Shown: in pieces, positions 37,013 to 46,767 of the stretch
Layout: each line of letters begins with the position of its first letter
How positions within the stretch are numbered: position 1 is the first letter of the stretch
NCBI GenBank assembly: GCA_026419015.1
Contig: JAOAAF010000002.1
Coordinates: 811 to 64,810, forward strand
DNA: 64,000 nt
Reading direction: 5' to 3'
Source of the DNA: Spirochaetota bacterium
Lineage (GTDB): Bacteria; Spirochaetota; UBA4802; JAGODF01
Position numbers and translations under genes: made by a program
The notes under the pieces: model-generated
Told to the model about the DNA's origin: nothing
Databases searched by the model: none
Seen by the model: the letters and a program-made list of their open reading frames with translations, nothing else

Positions 37013-38842
37013 TTATGAAAAAAGTCGTATAATTGAATTTTTCCGACGGGCTATTTTAATGAGGGTTTCAAGCTGGGATTTGTCGATGATTGCCACAGTT
37101 GAAGTCAATCGTTCGACGACCGCGCTTTTGTATTTGCCCACCATAAGGTCATCGAGAAATTCCGGGCGGTTTACTTTAATAAGAATAGTTGAGAAAATAT
37201 GAACTTCTATTGCATGGTTTATCCATTCTTTGAGCATAAAGAGTAAATTTTGGGGCAATGGGTTTTTTGAAAGCGATTCGAGCACAGCCAAAAACTTTTC
37301 TATATTCATTCCCCTTTTGTGTGCGCTGAGAATGGAGTGATTGGTAATTTTTGCGGTAATCATCACATCATCCTTTATTATTTCCATTCGAGAAAGTAAC
37401 ATATAGTACTCGTATGAAGTGAGCTCCTCGCGCGGTATGAGCACCGTGTAGTCAGGATTTATGTAGACGACTTTATTATCGGAATGAATGGGAGGAGTTG
37501 GTATAGCAATTCCCAGTTTTGACGCAATGCTTTGTCCAATATCAGAAAGCGCAATTCCCGACGATTCGATCGTTGTGGTACCAATAATGTGGAGGAATTG
37601 CAATGCATTGGTATATGTTTCGCATTGTTTTTTTGCGATTTCAGAAAGATGGGATAATTTCTCGAAATTCATTGCAGCAAGCTTTTGGGTTGTTGCAATG
37701 AAAATGATTTTTCGTGCCACACTGCCTTTAAGTTGATGGATGAGATCGAGCAAGTTTTTCACATCGTCTTTTGTTGGTATTGAAATTGGCGATTCAAAAA
37801 TAGGTAATCGGCTTAGTGGTTCATTGATTGAAATGAGAGCATACAGCAATTCATAGGGAACGTCGAGAAATGGGCGCACTTTTTCGAGGGATGCTTCGAC
37901 GATATCATCGCGTATTTCAACAAGATGGCAGCGATGCATGAGGCTAATGCATAGCTGAAAGACAATATGCGGTGGTATTTTTTTTCCATGAATTCCTTCA
38001 ATTGGTAAAAGTGCATTGACAAGTCGGTCGATGTCGATTTTTCGGAAAGTTCCCTGTTGGGTGAGGAAAAGGCCATAGGTCGAAATGATATCGTGGATTG
38101 CAAGAATATTCAATAAAAGGTTGTATCGGTTGATCGATTGCTTTAGCAGTAATCTGACATCCCACTTCGTTATTTCGAGCGCTTTTGCAGTGGCCACTAA
38201 GAATGCGTTAAACGGCGGGTTTGGCGTGTGCACTATCGTAATGATTTCGTGTTGCAACAGATAGTGTATCGCAAAGTTGAGTTGGGCAGGGGATAATTCA
38301 TCAGCTAACTCCTTTAACGATATAACTCCTGCACTGTTAATAATTTTTTCAATTAGTGAATGTATGCTTTTTTTCAGACCAATTGGCGATTGCGTGCGGG
38401 TAGTTTTTTTTTCTGCGCTCACAGATAAATCGTGGAAAATTTTTTGTAATTGATCTGGCGAGATGGGATAGAACGCTTCTCGAATATCGGCAAAGGCGAT
38501 AAGGCGATCGGATTTGTTATGAATATGCTGGCGATTTTTTATCACAAACGCGAGGAGTTTTTTTTCAAGTGCGTTTACAATGTCATCCAATTCTTCTCTT
38601 TTCAAGTGAAGGGCGATCTCAAGTTGCCCAAGCGTGATTCCAGAGGGATCTTTGGCGGTTTCCAAAAAAACCTGATATTGGACATCAGTAAGGCTGTATA
38701 GCAATCGGCAAAGTCCGAGGGGGGAGGTAAGGGCTTTGCCAATTGTTGCAGGAGTGCTACTTTTACAACCAAGAATGGATGCGAGTTCCCGACGTTCGGG
38801 AGCGCTAATTTTTTTTATGTATTCGTTGCTGAGTTTTCTCAT
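37013..38842 (-). CDS. large cytoplasmic protein with C-terminal helicase-associated (XPB N-terminal / Helicase_C_3-like) domain; no helicase core
   Basis: 609-aa ORF. The C-terminal segment VVYINPDYTVLIPREE...ITNHSILSAHKRGMNIEKFLAVLESLSKNPLPQNLLFMLKEWINH matches the pattern of the domain that precedes bacterial XPB/Ssl2 helicases. The rest looks like repeated wHTH-like helical modules. Confidence 0.5.
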   Translation of the reverse strand: MRKLSNEYIKKISAPERRELASILGCKSSTPATIGKALTSPLGLCRLLYSLTDVQYQVFLETAKDPSGITLGQLEIALHLKREELDDIVNALEKKLLAFVIKNRQHIHNKSDRLIAFADIREAFYPISPDQLQKIFHDLSVSAEKKTTRTQSPIGLKKSIHSLIEKIINSAGVISLKELADELSPAQLNFAIHYLLQHEIITIVHTPNPPFNAFLVATAKALEITKWDVRLLLKQSINRYNLLLNILAIHDIISTYGLFLTQQGTFRKIDIDRLVNALLPIEGIHGKKIPPHIVFQLCISLMHRCHLVEIRDDIVEASLEKVRPFLDVPYELLYALISINEPLSRLPIFESPISIPTKDDVKNLLDLIHQLKGSVARKIIFIATTQKLAAMNFEKLSHLSEIAKKQCETYTNALQFLHIIGTTTIESSGIALSDIGQSIASKLGIAIPTPPIHSDNKVVYINPDYTVLIPREELTSYEYYMLLSRMEIIKDDVMITAKITNHSILSAHKRGMNIEKFLAVLESLSKNPLPQNLLFMLKEWINHAIEVHIFSTILIKVNRPEFLDDLMVGKYKSAVVERLTSTVAIIDKSQLETLIKIARRKNSIIRLFS

Positions 38843-39026
38843 AAAAAGTTCTGGACAATGAAATCAGTCTATTTTAGGGGAGTTCATGGTTTTCTGCAAT
38901 AAAATATTTTTTTCTAATGAGGGATTTTTGTTTCCCTTATGTAAAATGAATCCGTTTTCTTGTAATAAATCGATTACCATGTTATTGCAGTAACGATTTA
39001 CCGTTATAAGGGATGAAGGAGTGCTT

Positions 39027-40151
39027 ATGCTTCAATTTCTGCGTTTTGCTGCATCCTTAGAAGGAGAAAGGATTTTTAAACCCATTGGAGGTTTTGCTGC
39101 CTGGAAATTTTTTGCAGTGCGAATTGCAAAATTAATAATTTTACTATATTCGACTCTTTTCATTGCGGCATCGCTGGATATCAAATGGGCTTACAAAATT
39201 ATCTATTTTAGCGGTGCATTTATCTCAATGATATTCTTTTTTAGAATTGTAAACGATATTTTAAAATTTATAAAATACAAAGGTTGTGAAGTAGTTGTGA
39301 GCCCAAAGGGTATTGAATTCCGGTTAAAAAATCGAAAGTACCTTCATCAAGCAGAGAACATTACGTATTGCGAAATAAATCTTTTAGGTAATTTAATTGT
39401 GCGCGAGCGATATGCGAAAACAGTTTTTCCCTTCAATGTGTTTCCAAAAGAGGAGAAAACGGCATTTGTAAGCTTATTCCAGGACCTTGCGCCGAGGCGA
39501 ACGCGCACATTTCATAAAATATACGAGATTTTTGATGCGGTGATTGTCGCACTTATTCTTGCAATGCACATACGGCAGTTTATTATTCAGCCGTATTATA
39601 TTCCTACCAGTTCGATGGAAGATACACTTCTGGTTGGTGACCATCTATTATCGGAAAAAATTACCTTTGGCCCGATTTTTCCACGCCTTTTAGGGATGAA
39701 AAAGGAAATTCGCCTGCCGGGTCTTCGAAAAATCAAACGCGGCGATATTGTGATATTCCGTCCACCGGATGAAGAGGAACGCGATTTTATTAAGCGCTGC
39801 ATTGCAGTGGAAGGTGATATTTTTCATATTGATGAAACCGATGGCACGGTTTACGTGAACGGTCAAAAATTAGAAGAACCTTATGTAAAGTGCCCGCGCA
39901 TTTCAGGATCCAACTGTACCGATTATCGCAATTGCAGGCGCGCCATTGAGGGAAGAGTTCCACCCGGACATATTTTGGTGCTTGGCGATAATCGCACAAA
40001 TTCCCAGGATTCAAGATGTTTTGGGTATGTTCCTATCGAACGCGTGCGGGGGCGCGCATTTGTGCGATACTGGAATACCTCGCAGGTAATATTTGGAAAT
40101 ATGTCCACGCGCCGCGATTTCTTTCTGCTGAGGTTTGGGCTTATTCGTTAA
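39027..40151 (+). CDS. lepB: signal peptidase I with a long N-terminal membrane extension
   Basis: IPTSSMEDTLLVGDHLL (Ser), RGDIVIFRPP, IKRCIAVEGD (Lys), VLGDNRTNSQDSRCFGYVP. GAAGGAG RBS before ATG 39027. Confidence 0.85.
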   Translation: MLQFLRFAASLEGERIFKPIGGFAAWKFFAVRIAKLIILLYSTLFIAASLDIKWAYKIIYFSGAFISMIFFFRIVNDILKFIKYKGCEVVVSPKGIEFRLKNRKYLHQAENITYCEINLLGNLIVRERYAKTVFPFNVFPKEEKTAFVSLFQDLAPRRTRTFHKIYEIFDAVIVALILAMHIRQFIIQPYYIPTSSMEDTLLVGDHLLSEKITFGPIFPRLLGMKKEIRLPGLRKIKRGDIVIFRPPDEEERDFIKRCIAVEGDIFHIDETDGTVYVNGQKLEEPYVKCPRISGSNCTDYRNCRRAIEGRVPPGHILVLGDNRTNSQDSRCFGYVPIERVRGRAFVRYWNTSQVIFGNMSTRRDFFLLRFGLIR

Positions 40152-40157
40152 ACTCAA

Positions 40158-41990
40158 ATGCGCCGCGAGAGAATACATGGAAGGGTATACCTTGCCGGAA
40201 TTCTCATCGTCGTGAGTGCAGTGTACCTTTCGATTGCGGTGTATCAGCTTCATTTTTCAGGTAAAATTCTCCTTTCCTCGCCATCTGAGAATGTGAGACG
40301 GGGGCTCATTTTTGACAGAAATAAATATATTCTTGCAATTAGCGTGGAGAGAGAATCCATTTATGCCCATCCGAAAAAGGTAAAAGATCCCATTAAAACA
40401 GCAGAAGCCTTATCGCGCTATCTTGGCATTTCTCGAGATATTCTCGAACAGCGCTTAAAAAGTGAGCAGGAATTTGTGTGGATTCGAAGAAAAGTAAGTG
40501 AAGAAACTGCTTCGAAAATAAGGGAACTGAAGCTTGAGGGAGTTTCATTTCGCAAAGAAATGCAGCGCGTTTATCCGTCGGGAAGCCTCGCATCGAATAT
40601 TCTTGGGTTTGTCGGCGTTGATGGCAAAGGGCTGGAAGGGATCGAGTATAAATTTAACGATATTCTCACCCTACAAGAAGGCTCTTCGATCGATACGACT
40701 GCATCGGGATGTTCGATTGCGCTCACCATTGATCGTTTCATACAACATCAGTCCGAAGTTGCAATTGCCGATGCGGTGATTCGAACAGGTGCTACTCAAG
40801 GCGTGGTGGTTGTCATGGAAGTGAAGACGGGAAAGATTTTGGCGATTGGGAAATATCCCACGTTTGATCCAAATTATTATGAATTGTCAACGCCGCGCCA
40901 ACGACAGCATTATACAGTAACCGATTCTTTTGAGCCAGGTTCTACCCTTAAAATAATTGCCATGGCGCTTCTTTTGGAACTTTTCCCATCCCTGGATCAA
41001 CGATATTTGTGCGAAGGGAAAGTCGAAATTGCAGATACAGTGATAAATTGCATTGGCGTCCATGGGCATGTTTCCTTGGTTGATATCATCAAACATTCGT
41101 GCAACGCGGGAATGATACAGGCGATGAAACAGGTTCAAAAGCAATCGATGTATGATTTTCTCCGTAAGTTTGGATTTGGCATGCGTACCGGCGTTGAATT
41201 GCCAGGGGAATCGGAAGGAATATTGCGCCCTCTGTCGAAATGGTCAGGGTTATCCAAGTATTCGATGGCCATTGGACAAGAAATTTCGGTTACGTCGCTG
41301 CAATTAGCAGCCGCGTTTTCCGCAATCGGAAATTTGGGTGTGTACATGGTTCCGACGATTGTTGAACAAATCGAGAGAAGCGATGGAAGTGTACTGCGTA
41401 CTTTTTATCCTCGTTCAAAAGGTGCTGTCATTTCGAAAGGGACCGCGCGCAGGCTCCTTTCGATGATGAAGGTGGCAGTGGAAAGCGGTACTGGAAAGCG
41501 AGCAGCAATTGCATTTTATATTGTAGTTGGGAAAACGGGCACTGCACAAAAGTCTCGTCCTGGCGGTGGGTATGATCCCGGTAGGGAAACAGCGCTTTTT
41601 GTTGGCCTTGCGCCCTACCCAAATCCAGATGTGTGCATCCTTGTGGTGCTCGATGAACCATCGGGTGCCTCTGGGGGAGCTGTAGCAGCGCCAGTGTTTG
41701 CACAGGTTGCGGAGCGAATATTGCCGTATATTGGAATCGCACATCCCGTTGTCATGAAAAATGAAAAAATAGCCGAAAAAAAGGAAAAAGTTTTATTTGA
41801 TGGGTCTACAATGCCGAACTTTTCAGGTTTAACGCTTGCCGAATCTGTTCGCCTCGTTTCGCATATTCGCAAGACGTTTTTGCTTACTCCTTCGTGGCAT
41901 GGAACTGGACGAGTCTATTATCAAGTACCGCCGGCGGGTACTAAGCTTTCACAGCGGGAAAGAATAAAATTGTATTTAAAAGAAGAATGA
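40158..41990 (+). CDS. class B penicillin-binding protein (FtsI/PBP2-type transpeptidase) with C-terminal PASTA-like domain
   Basis: PGSTLKII (SxxK), KHSCNAG (SxN), GKTGTA (KTG). The C-terminal MPNFSGLTLAESVRLV...GRVYYQVPPAGTKL is PASTA-like. Confidence 0.9.
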   Translation: MRRERIHGRVYLAGILIVVSAVYLSIAVYQLHFSGKILLSSPSENVRRGLIFDRNKYILAISVERESIYAHPKKVKDPIKTAEALSRYLGISRDILEQRLKSEQEFVWIRRKVSEETASKIRELKLEGVSFRKEMQRVYPSGSLASNILGFVGVDGKGLEGIEYKFNDILTLQEGSSIDTTASGCSIALTIDRFIQHQSEVAIADAVIRTGATQGVVVVMEVKTGKILAIGKYPTFDPNYYELSTPRQRQHYTVTDSFEPGSTLKIIAMALLLELFPSLDQRYLCEGKVEIADTVINCIGVHGHVSLVDIIKHSCNAGMIQAMKQVQKQSMYDFLRKFGFGMRTGVELPGESEGILRPLSKWSGLSKYSMAIGQEISVTSLQLAAAFSAIGNLGVYMVPTIVEQIERSDGSVLRTFYPRSKGAVISKGTARRLLSMMKVAVESGTGKRAAIAFYIVVGKTGTAQKSRPGGGYDPGRETALFVGLAPYPNPDVCILVVLDEPSGASGGAVAAPVFAQVAERILPYIGIAHPVVMKNEKIAEKKEKVLFDGSTMPNFSGLTLAESVRLVSHIRKTFLLTPSWHGTGRVYYQVPPAGTKLSQRERIKLYLKEE

Positions 41991-43858
41991 ACGCGTTGTT
42001 TGAAAAAAACATTCGCGCGCTTCAATTGAAGGATGAAGCGCTTGCACGGTTAATCGAATTATGTGCTGATGACGGAAGTATAACTGTAATACAAGCAAAG
42101 AACGGACCAGTACCCGAAATCCGAAAAGAAGGAAGAATTCTTGCAATTCATAGCAGAGTTGATCCGGTAAAAGAAGCCACGCGGTTTTGCGCTGAGCTCA
42201 CTACAATGGATTTTGATCTTGTGGTGATTTCGGGTTTTGGTTTTGCGTATCACATCGAAGAGATTCTAAACCGCGCCTCGCAGGATGCGGCAGTGTTGGT
42301 AATGGAAAAAAATCCATTAATAGTGAAGAAGGCATGTGAACATCGGGATTTGGAACGCATTTTTCGCGATCCAAGGCTTTTGCTACTCATCAATCCCTCA
42401 GAAGAAAATGTGGCTGAAAAATTGCGTGGAAAAGCAACTCGCCGTACAAGTTTTCTTTTGCATAGAGGAATGCATCAGACCGATCCCGAATACTATTCAA
42501 ATCTCCTTCGCATTGCGCGTTCGTATCTTTCAACCAAGGAAGTGAATATTGCCACGCTTGCCAAGTTTGAAAAAGTTTGGATGCGCAACGTGGCGCGCAA
42601 TGTGGGATTTTTAACAGATTTACCGCGGGCTACGTTTTTCTTTGGTGCATTTGAGGGCATTCCTGCAATTGTCGTCTCAGCAGGACCATCGCTGTTGGAA
42701 AGCATTCCATTTATAAAAGTGAATTCTACGAAAGCGATCGTCATCGCTGTTGATACAGCGTATAAAATATTAATAAAAAATGGCGTAGAACCTCATTTTT
42801 GCCTCACAGTAGATCCGCAATCCATCAATGCGCGCTATTTTGAAGGCGATTCGCTTACCGATACGATTCTCGTTGCGGATCCATCATCGCATCCGTCTGT
42901 CTTCAAACTTTTTAAAGGGAGAAAGGTGCGTGCGGCCACTGCTTTTCCCATGATGAAGTGGATCGATGAAATTTGTGGCGATGGTGGGGAGATTGCCCAT
43001 GGGGGATCGGTTTCTACGAATGCGTACGATTTTGCACGAAAGTTAAAAGCCAATCCCATAGTGCTGGTGGGGCAGGATTTGGCATTTACGGGAGGTTATG
43101 CCCATGCGAAGGGATCGCATTTAGATGAGCAGGTTCACATTCGCACGAATAGATTTTTTACTCCTGAAATGTTCAATCGAAAACAACTCACTGCGTTGCC
43201 CAAAATTTTTGTTGATGGCATTGATGGACGCAAGGTGCATACAAATCAAAAAATGATGATATTTTTATCGTGGTTTGAAAGGAGAAACGATCCTGGGCTT
43301 GTGAATGCGACGAGAGCGGGCGCGCGCATCAAGGGGGTAAAACATTGTTCTGAAGAATGCATCGATTTTGGCGATTCGAAAGATTTGTGGCAAAAAATAA
43401 ACCTATTATATGAGCATGCACTTGAGGAGCAAAGGAAAATTCCTGCGCGCGCGCATATTCACGACAAGTGCATTGGGATATCCCGACAAATCGATGAGCT
43501 TTTGCCCGTCTTGAAACGAGCGGTACATTTCGCAGAGGAACTGGTAACTCAAATGAAAGCTTCTGTTCGCGATGGGGCGAAAATTTCGTATATTGTCAAA
43601 AAGCTCGATGAGATCGACAATTTCATTGAGACCAGAAAAAAGCTTGCCGATATGATTGGGCTTGCGATACAAAAAGTCGTTCACACCATTATGGAAGGCC
43701 ATGATGTTGAAGGGGAAGATAGTGAAATGGGCAATGAGGAAAAGATTGCCCGACGTTCATTGTATCTGTATAAAGGGCTTTTAGAAGGAGCAGAGTTCAT
43801 AGGGAAAACTGTTGCTCAAATGGTTGCAATTTTGCAGAATACAAAAATCAACAACTAA
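41987..43858 (+). CDS. DUF115 / MptE-like (motility-associated factor, Maf-type) protein
   Basis: Core IPAIVVSAGPSLLESIPFIK...AIVIAVDTAYKILIKNGVEPHFCLTVDPQ. The start overlaps the PBP stop by 4 nt. Confidence 0.75.
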   Translation: MNALFEKNIRALQLKDEALARLIELCADDGSITVIQAKNGPVPEIRKEGRILAIHSRVDPVKEATRFCAELTTMDFDLVVISGFGFAYHIEEILNRASQDAAVLVMEKNPLIVKKACEHRDLERIFRDPRLLLLINPSEENVAEKLRGKATRRTSFLLHRGMHQTDPEYYSNLLRIARSYLSTKEVNIATLAKFEKVWMRNVARNVGFLTDLPRATFFFGAFEGIPAIVVSAGPSLLESIPFIKVNSTKAIVIAVDTAYKILIKNGVEPHFCLTVDPQSINARYFEGDSLTDTILVADPSSHPSVFKLFKGRKVRAATAFPMMKWIDEICGDGGEIAHGGSVSTNAYDFARKLKANPIVLVGQDLAFTGGYAHAKGSHLDEQVHIRTNRFFTPEMFNRKQLTALPKIFVDGIDGRKVHTNQKMMIFLSWFERRNDPGLVNATRAGARIKGVKHCSEECIDFGDSKDLWQKINLLYEHALEEQRKIPARAHIHDKCIGISRQIDELLPVLKRAVHFAEELVTQMKASVRDGAKISYIVKKLDEIDNFIETRKKLADMIGLAIQKVVHTIMEGHDVEGEDSEMGNEEKIARRSLYLYKGLLEGAEFIGKTVAQMVAILQNTKINN

Positions 43859-43914
43859 TCCGAATTCGCAAGCGAACTGAGTTTTCACACGCTGGAAAAT
43901 ACCGTGAAATTATC

Positions 43915-43942
43915 TTGACATGAAAATTGCATTTGTTATGAT
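43915..43942 (+). promoter_or_regulatory. candidate sigma-70 promoter upstream of the STAS gene
   Basis: TTGACA, 16 nt, TATGAT, about 150 nt upstream of the ATG at 44091. Confidence 0.45.
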
Positions 43943-44090
43943 GTACGAGGCTTATAAATAGATAGCTCGGTATAATTAAAACAAGTGATATTTGATATTT
44001 GGGGGTAATTTAAAAAAAATTATGCTTGATAGAAATCTGTGTATAAATTAAATTTTCCACTGCGATTTAATTCTCCGGAGGAGAGAAGGG

Positions 44091-44429
44091 ATGGATATAA
44101 ATAAAAGAACGAAAGATGACATTGTTTTGCTCGATATTACTGGTGAAATTGACCTGTACAATGCCCCTGAAATTAAGGACATTATAAACAAGCTTATTGA
44201 AGAAAAAAAATATAATGTCGTTATAAACCTTGAAAAAGTATCGTATATAGATTCTTCGGGAATAGGGGCACTCATTTCCAGCCTTTCGAATCTTAAAAAG
44301 TATCAGGGTGGCCTTAAAATTATTAATGTGTACGCATCGGTACGGAAAGTTTTTGAGCTTACAAAGTTAACATCCTTTTTTGAAATTTATGATTCGGAAG
44401 AAGATGCAATAGCTTCTTTTAATAAATAG
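44091..44429 (+). CDS. STAS-domain anti-sigma factor antagonist (SpoIIAA/RsbV-like)
   Basis: 112 aa. LEKVSYIDSSGIGALIS contains the conserved DSSG Ser. GGAGGAG RBS. Confidence 0.85.
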   Translation: MDINKRTKDDIVLLDITGEIDLYNAPEIKDIINKLIEEKKYNVVINLEKVSYIDSSGIGALISSLSNLKKYQGGLKIINVYASVRKVFELTKLTSFFEIYDSEEDAIASFNK

Positions 44430-44523
44430 TTATATCGCGCAGTGCAATGCGCTATATAAAACGATTTTATTTTTCTAAGTGAGGGAGTTTGTCAAAATCC
44501 TTAAAAAAATAAGGAGTTTAATT

Positions 44524-45816
44524 ATGAAAGTAGTGAAAATCATTGCATATCTTTTTTGTGGAGGAGCGTTTCTCTTTTCAATTGTTGCCTGTGGGGAAAA
44601 AGTACCAATTCGCGAAATGGCAGATGCCAAAGTAGCCATTAGTAAGGCTGAATCTGTTAAGGCAGATAGATATGCTTTTGAGGAAATAACTGCTGCGCGA
44701 AAGGGGCTTATGGAGTCGCACAGTTTTGTGATGAAGGATGACCAAGAGAATGCGGCAAAACAAGCAAATGCTGCGCGAATAAAAGCCGAGGAAGCGTATA
44801 CAAAGGCAGTTCCATTGTTGGCAAAGGATTCCATAAGTACTGCAGAGAAAAGCTTAGAAGAAGCGACCGATGCATATGCGGAAAACCTTGCTCGATTCGA
44901 ATACCAGAAAGCAGTTGATGGCATAAAGGATGCGAACAAAAAGTTTGAAGATAAAGATTTTTACAATGCACATCTCACTGCTTCTGCTGCAGATGTAGAG
45001 GCAAAAAAGGCTCGCGACATCGCTTTGGGTAAAAAAGGAATTCTTGGAAATTCAATTGCTGATGTCAACGCGACGATTGATAGAGCGAAAAAATACAATG
45101 CGCTTACCTATGCGCCCGAACAGTTGAAACTTGCGGAAGAAAATGTCTCGATTGCATCGGATTCCCTTGCCAAATTGCATTTAAAACAGGGGTTTGCTGC
45201 GATTGAGGTTGCAAAAATCAATGCTGATGAAGCGCTCGTTCGCGCGATGAAGGGAAGCTCAGATGCGGCGATTAAAGAAGCGCAAATGTATCTTGATAAA
45301 GCGGAAAAATCTCCCAATGTGGCAAGTGCGGGAACCGATTTAGCTCTCGCGCGGGAGTCGTTAAAGAGCGCACAGGAATTTCACCAGAGGGCAAAATACG
45401 ATGATGCAATCACTGCAGCTTCGGATTCAAAGCGGCTTTCATTGTTGGTCATAAATGCCCGTTCGCAGGACATCGCGAAGGCGGGAGTGGGGGAAAAAGA
45501 GAAAACTACAAAGGAAATAAAGAAAAGCCAAAGAGAAATCGATCTCGAACGCGGTTATACCATTTATGTGGTTCGCTACATCCCAGAGCGGCGCGATTGC
45601 TTGTGGCGAATTGCGGAAAAGTATTATGGTGATGGGAAGAAATGGTCGATGATTCATGAAGCAAATAAGGAGCTTATACAAAATCCGCATCTCATCTATC
45701 CTGGGTGGCGTCTCAAAGTTCCGTTGGAAGGTGGTGCGCACAAAAAAGTGCAAGGTGAGAAAGAATCAGGCTGCGACCAACCGAAAGATGCCGAAAGAAC
45801 AACGCCAGTGGAATGA
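44524..45816 (+). CDS. lipoprotein with Ala-rich helical region and C-terminal LysM domain
   Basis: AAGGAG RBS before ATG 44524. Lipobox FSIVAC. C-terminal YTIYVVRYIPERRDCLWRIAEKYYGDGKKWSMIHEANKELIQNPHLIYPGWRLKVP is LysM. Confidence 0.75.
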   Translation: MKVVKIIAYLFCGGAFLFSIVACGEKVPIREMADAKVAISKAESVKADRYAFEEITAARKGLMESHSFVMKDDQENAAKQANAARIKAEEAYTKAVPLLAKDSISTAEKSLEEATDAYAENLARFEYQKAVDGIKDANKKFEDKDFYNAHLTASAADVEAKKARDIALGKKGILGNSIADVNATIDRAKKYNALTYAPEQLKLAEENVSIASDSLAKLHLKQGFAAIEVAKINADEALVRAMKGSSDAAIKEAQMYLDKAEKSPNVASAGTDLALARESLKSAQEFHQRAKYDDAITAASDSKRLSLLVINARSQDIAKAGVGEKEKTTKEIKKSQREIDLERGYTIYVVRYIPERRDCLWRIAEKYYGDGKKWSMIHEANKELIQNPHLIYPGWRLKVPLEGGAHKKVQGEKESGCDQPKDAERTTPVE

Positions 45817-45856
45817 ACAGTATTTATTTGCTTTTGTATTTTGGGATAATCCACAA

Positions 45857-45884
45857 GGGCCGACAATATGTCGGCTCTTTTATT
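45857..45884 (+). terminator. rho-independent terminator
   Basis: GGGCCGAC-aatat-GTCGGCTC followed by TTTTATT, 40 nt after the LysM lipoprotein stop. Confidence 0.6.
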
Positions 45885-46767
45885 ATATGATCGCATTGTT
45901 TTATTTATCGCTGCAAAACAGATTGGCAATTTGATCAATTAAAAAGCGGATACTCGTGTTCGAAAAACTTTAGGAAATTCAAATCGATTATTTTTAGTTT
46001 GCGCAACAACTCTTTTGGAAATGCTTTCAAACCGCATAAGCAACTTTACATTAGTAATGGTTGTTTTTTAATGAGTGGCAGCAAGAATTTTTCCCAAAGA
46101 TATTGCAACATTTCCATATTATGTTTACAACAAACTCATCATCGGATTATCCTTTCCAATAATAACAGTTGATTTTGCAAAGAATATTGTCTACGTTGTC
46201 TATGTCGTATCCTTTTTCGTTTTGAACGATATTGTAGTGGTGATATATGTGATCGTTTGCAAAATCTACTTTTAAAACTTTGATAATAATGAGCGTAAAA
46301 TCTTTTGCTTAGATATTTATTGCAACATCGAAAGGTTTTTTAACGCATGGAAGATGTTATGCATCGCGCAACTGTGGTGCGAATGCGCTGTGTGAAAAAA
46401 TCTAAATCGTTTGGAAATCTTTTTTTCATAATAAGAGCGGTTAAAACGTGTTCCATCCATAAGTATAAAATATTTTCAGTATTGGAGATAGCATCCCATC
46501 CAGAAGCTTGAAGTTTGTAACGTGCATGAAAATTTATGTGATCAGTTGTCATTCATTCGCGGGTAAGGGTTTTACGAAGAAAATTGTTTTTACAATGTTT
46601 TTTTCTTTTGAAAGGTAATTGCGATTGTGTGATGGAGTATATTTTCAAATAAAGGCATTTTTTTGTGATACATTAGAATCATTGCACAAGTGGGCTATAT
46701 CCAGCACTGTTGATTGTATGTCAAAAAAATCGAGGTATTCTCTATGACTGTTTCGTGATGGTAATTG

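Noticed and set aside
44475-44939. 154-aa antisense ORF opposite the LysM lipoprotein gene
   Set aside because: It is an Ala/Ser-rich low-complexity translation, typical of the shadow frame of an Ala-rich coding region. It has no RBS, and the sense-strand gene has a lipobox, a LysM domain and an RBS.
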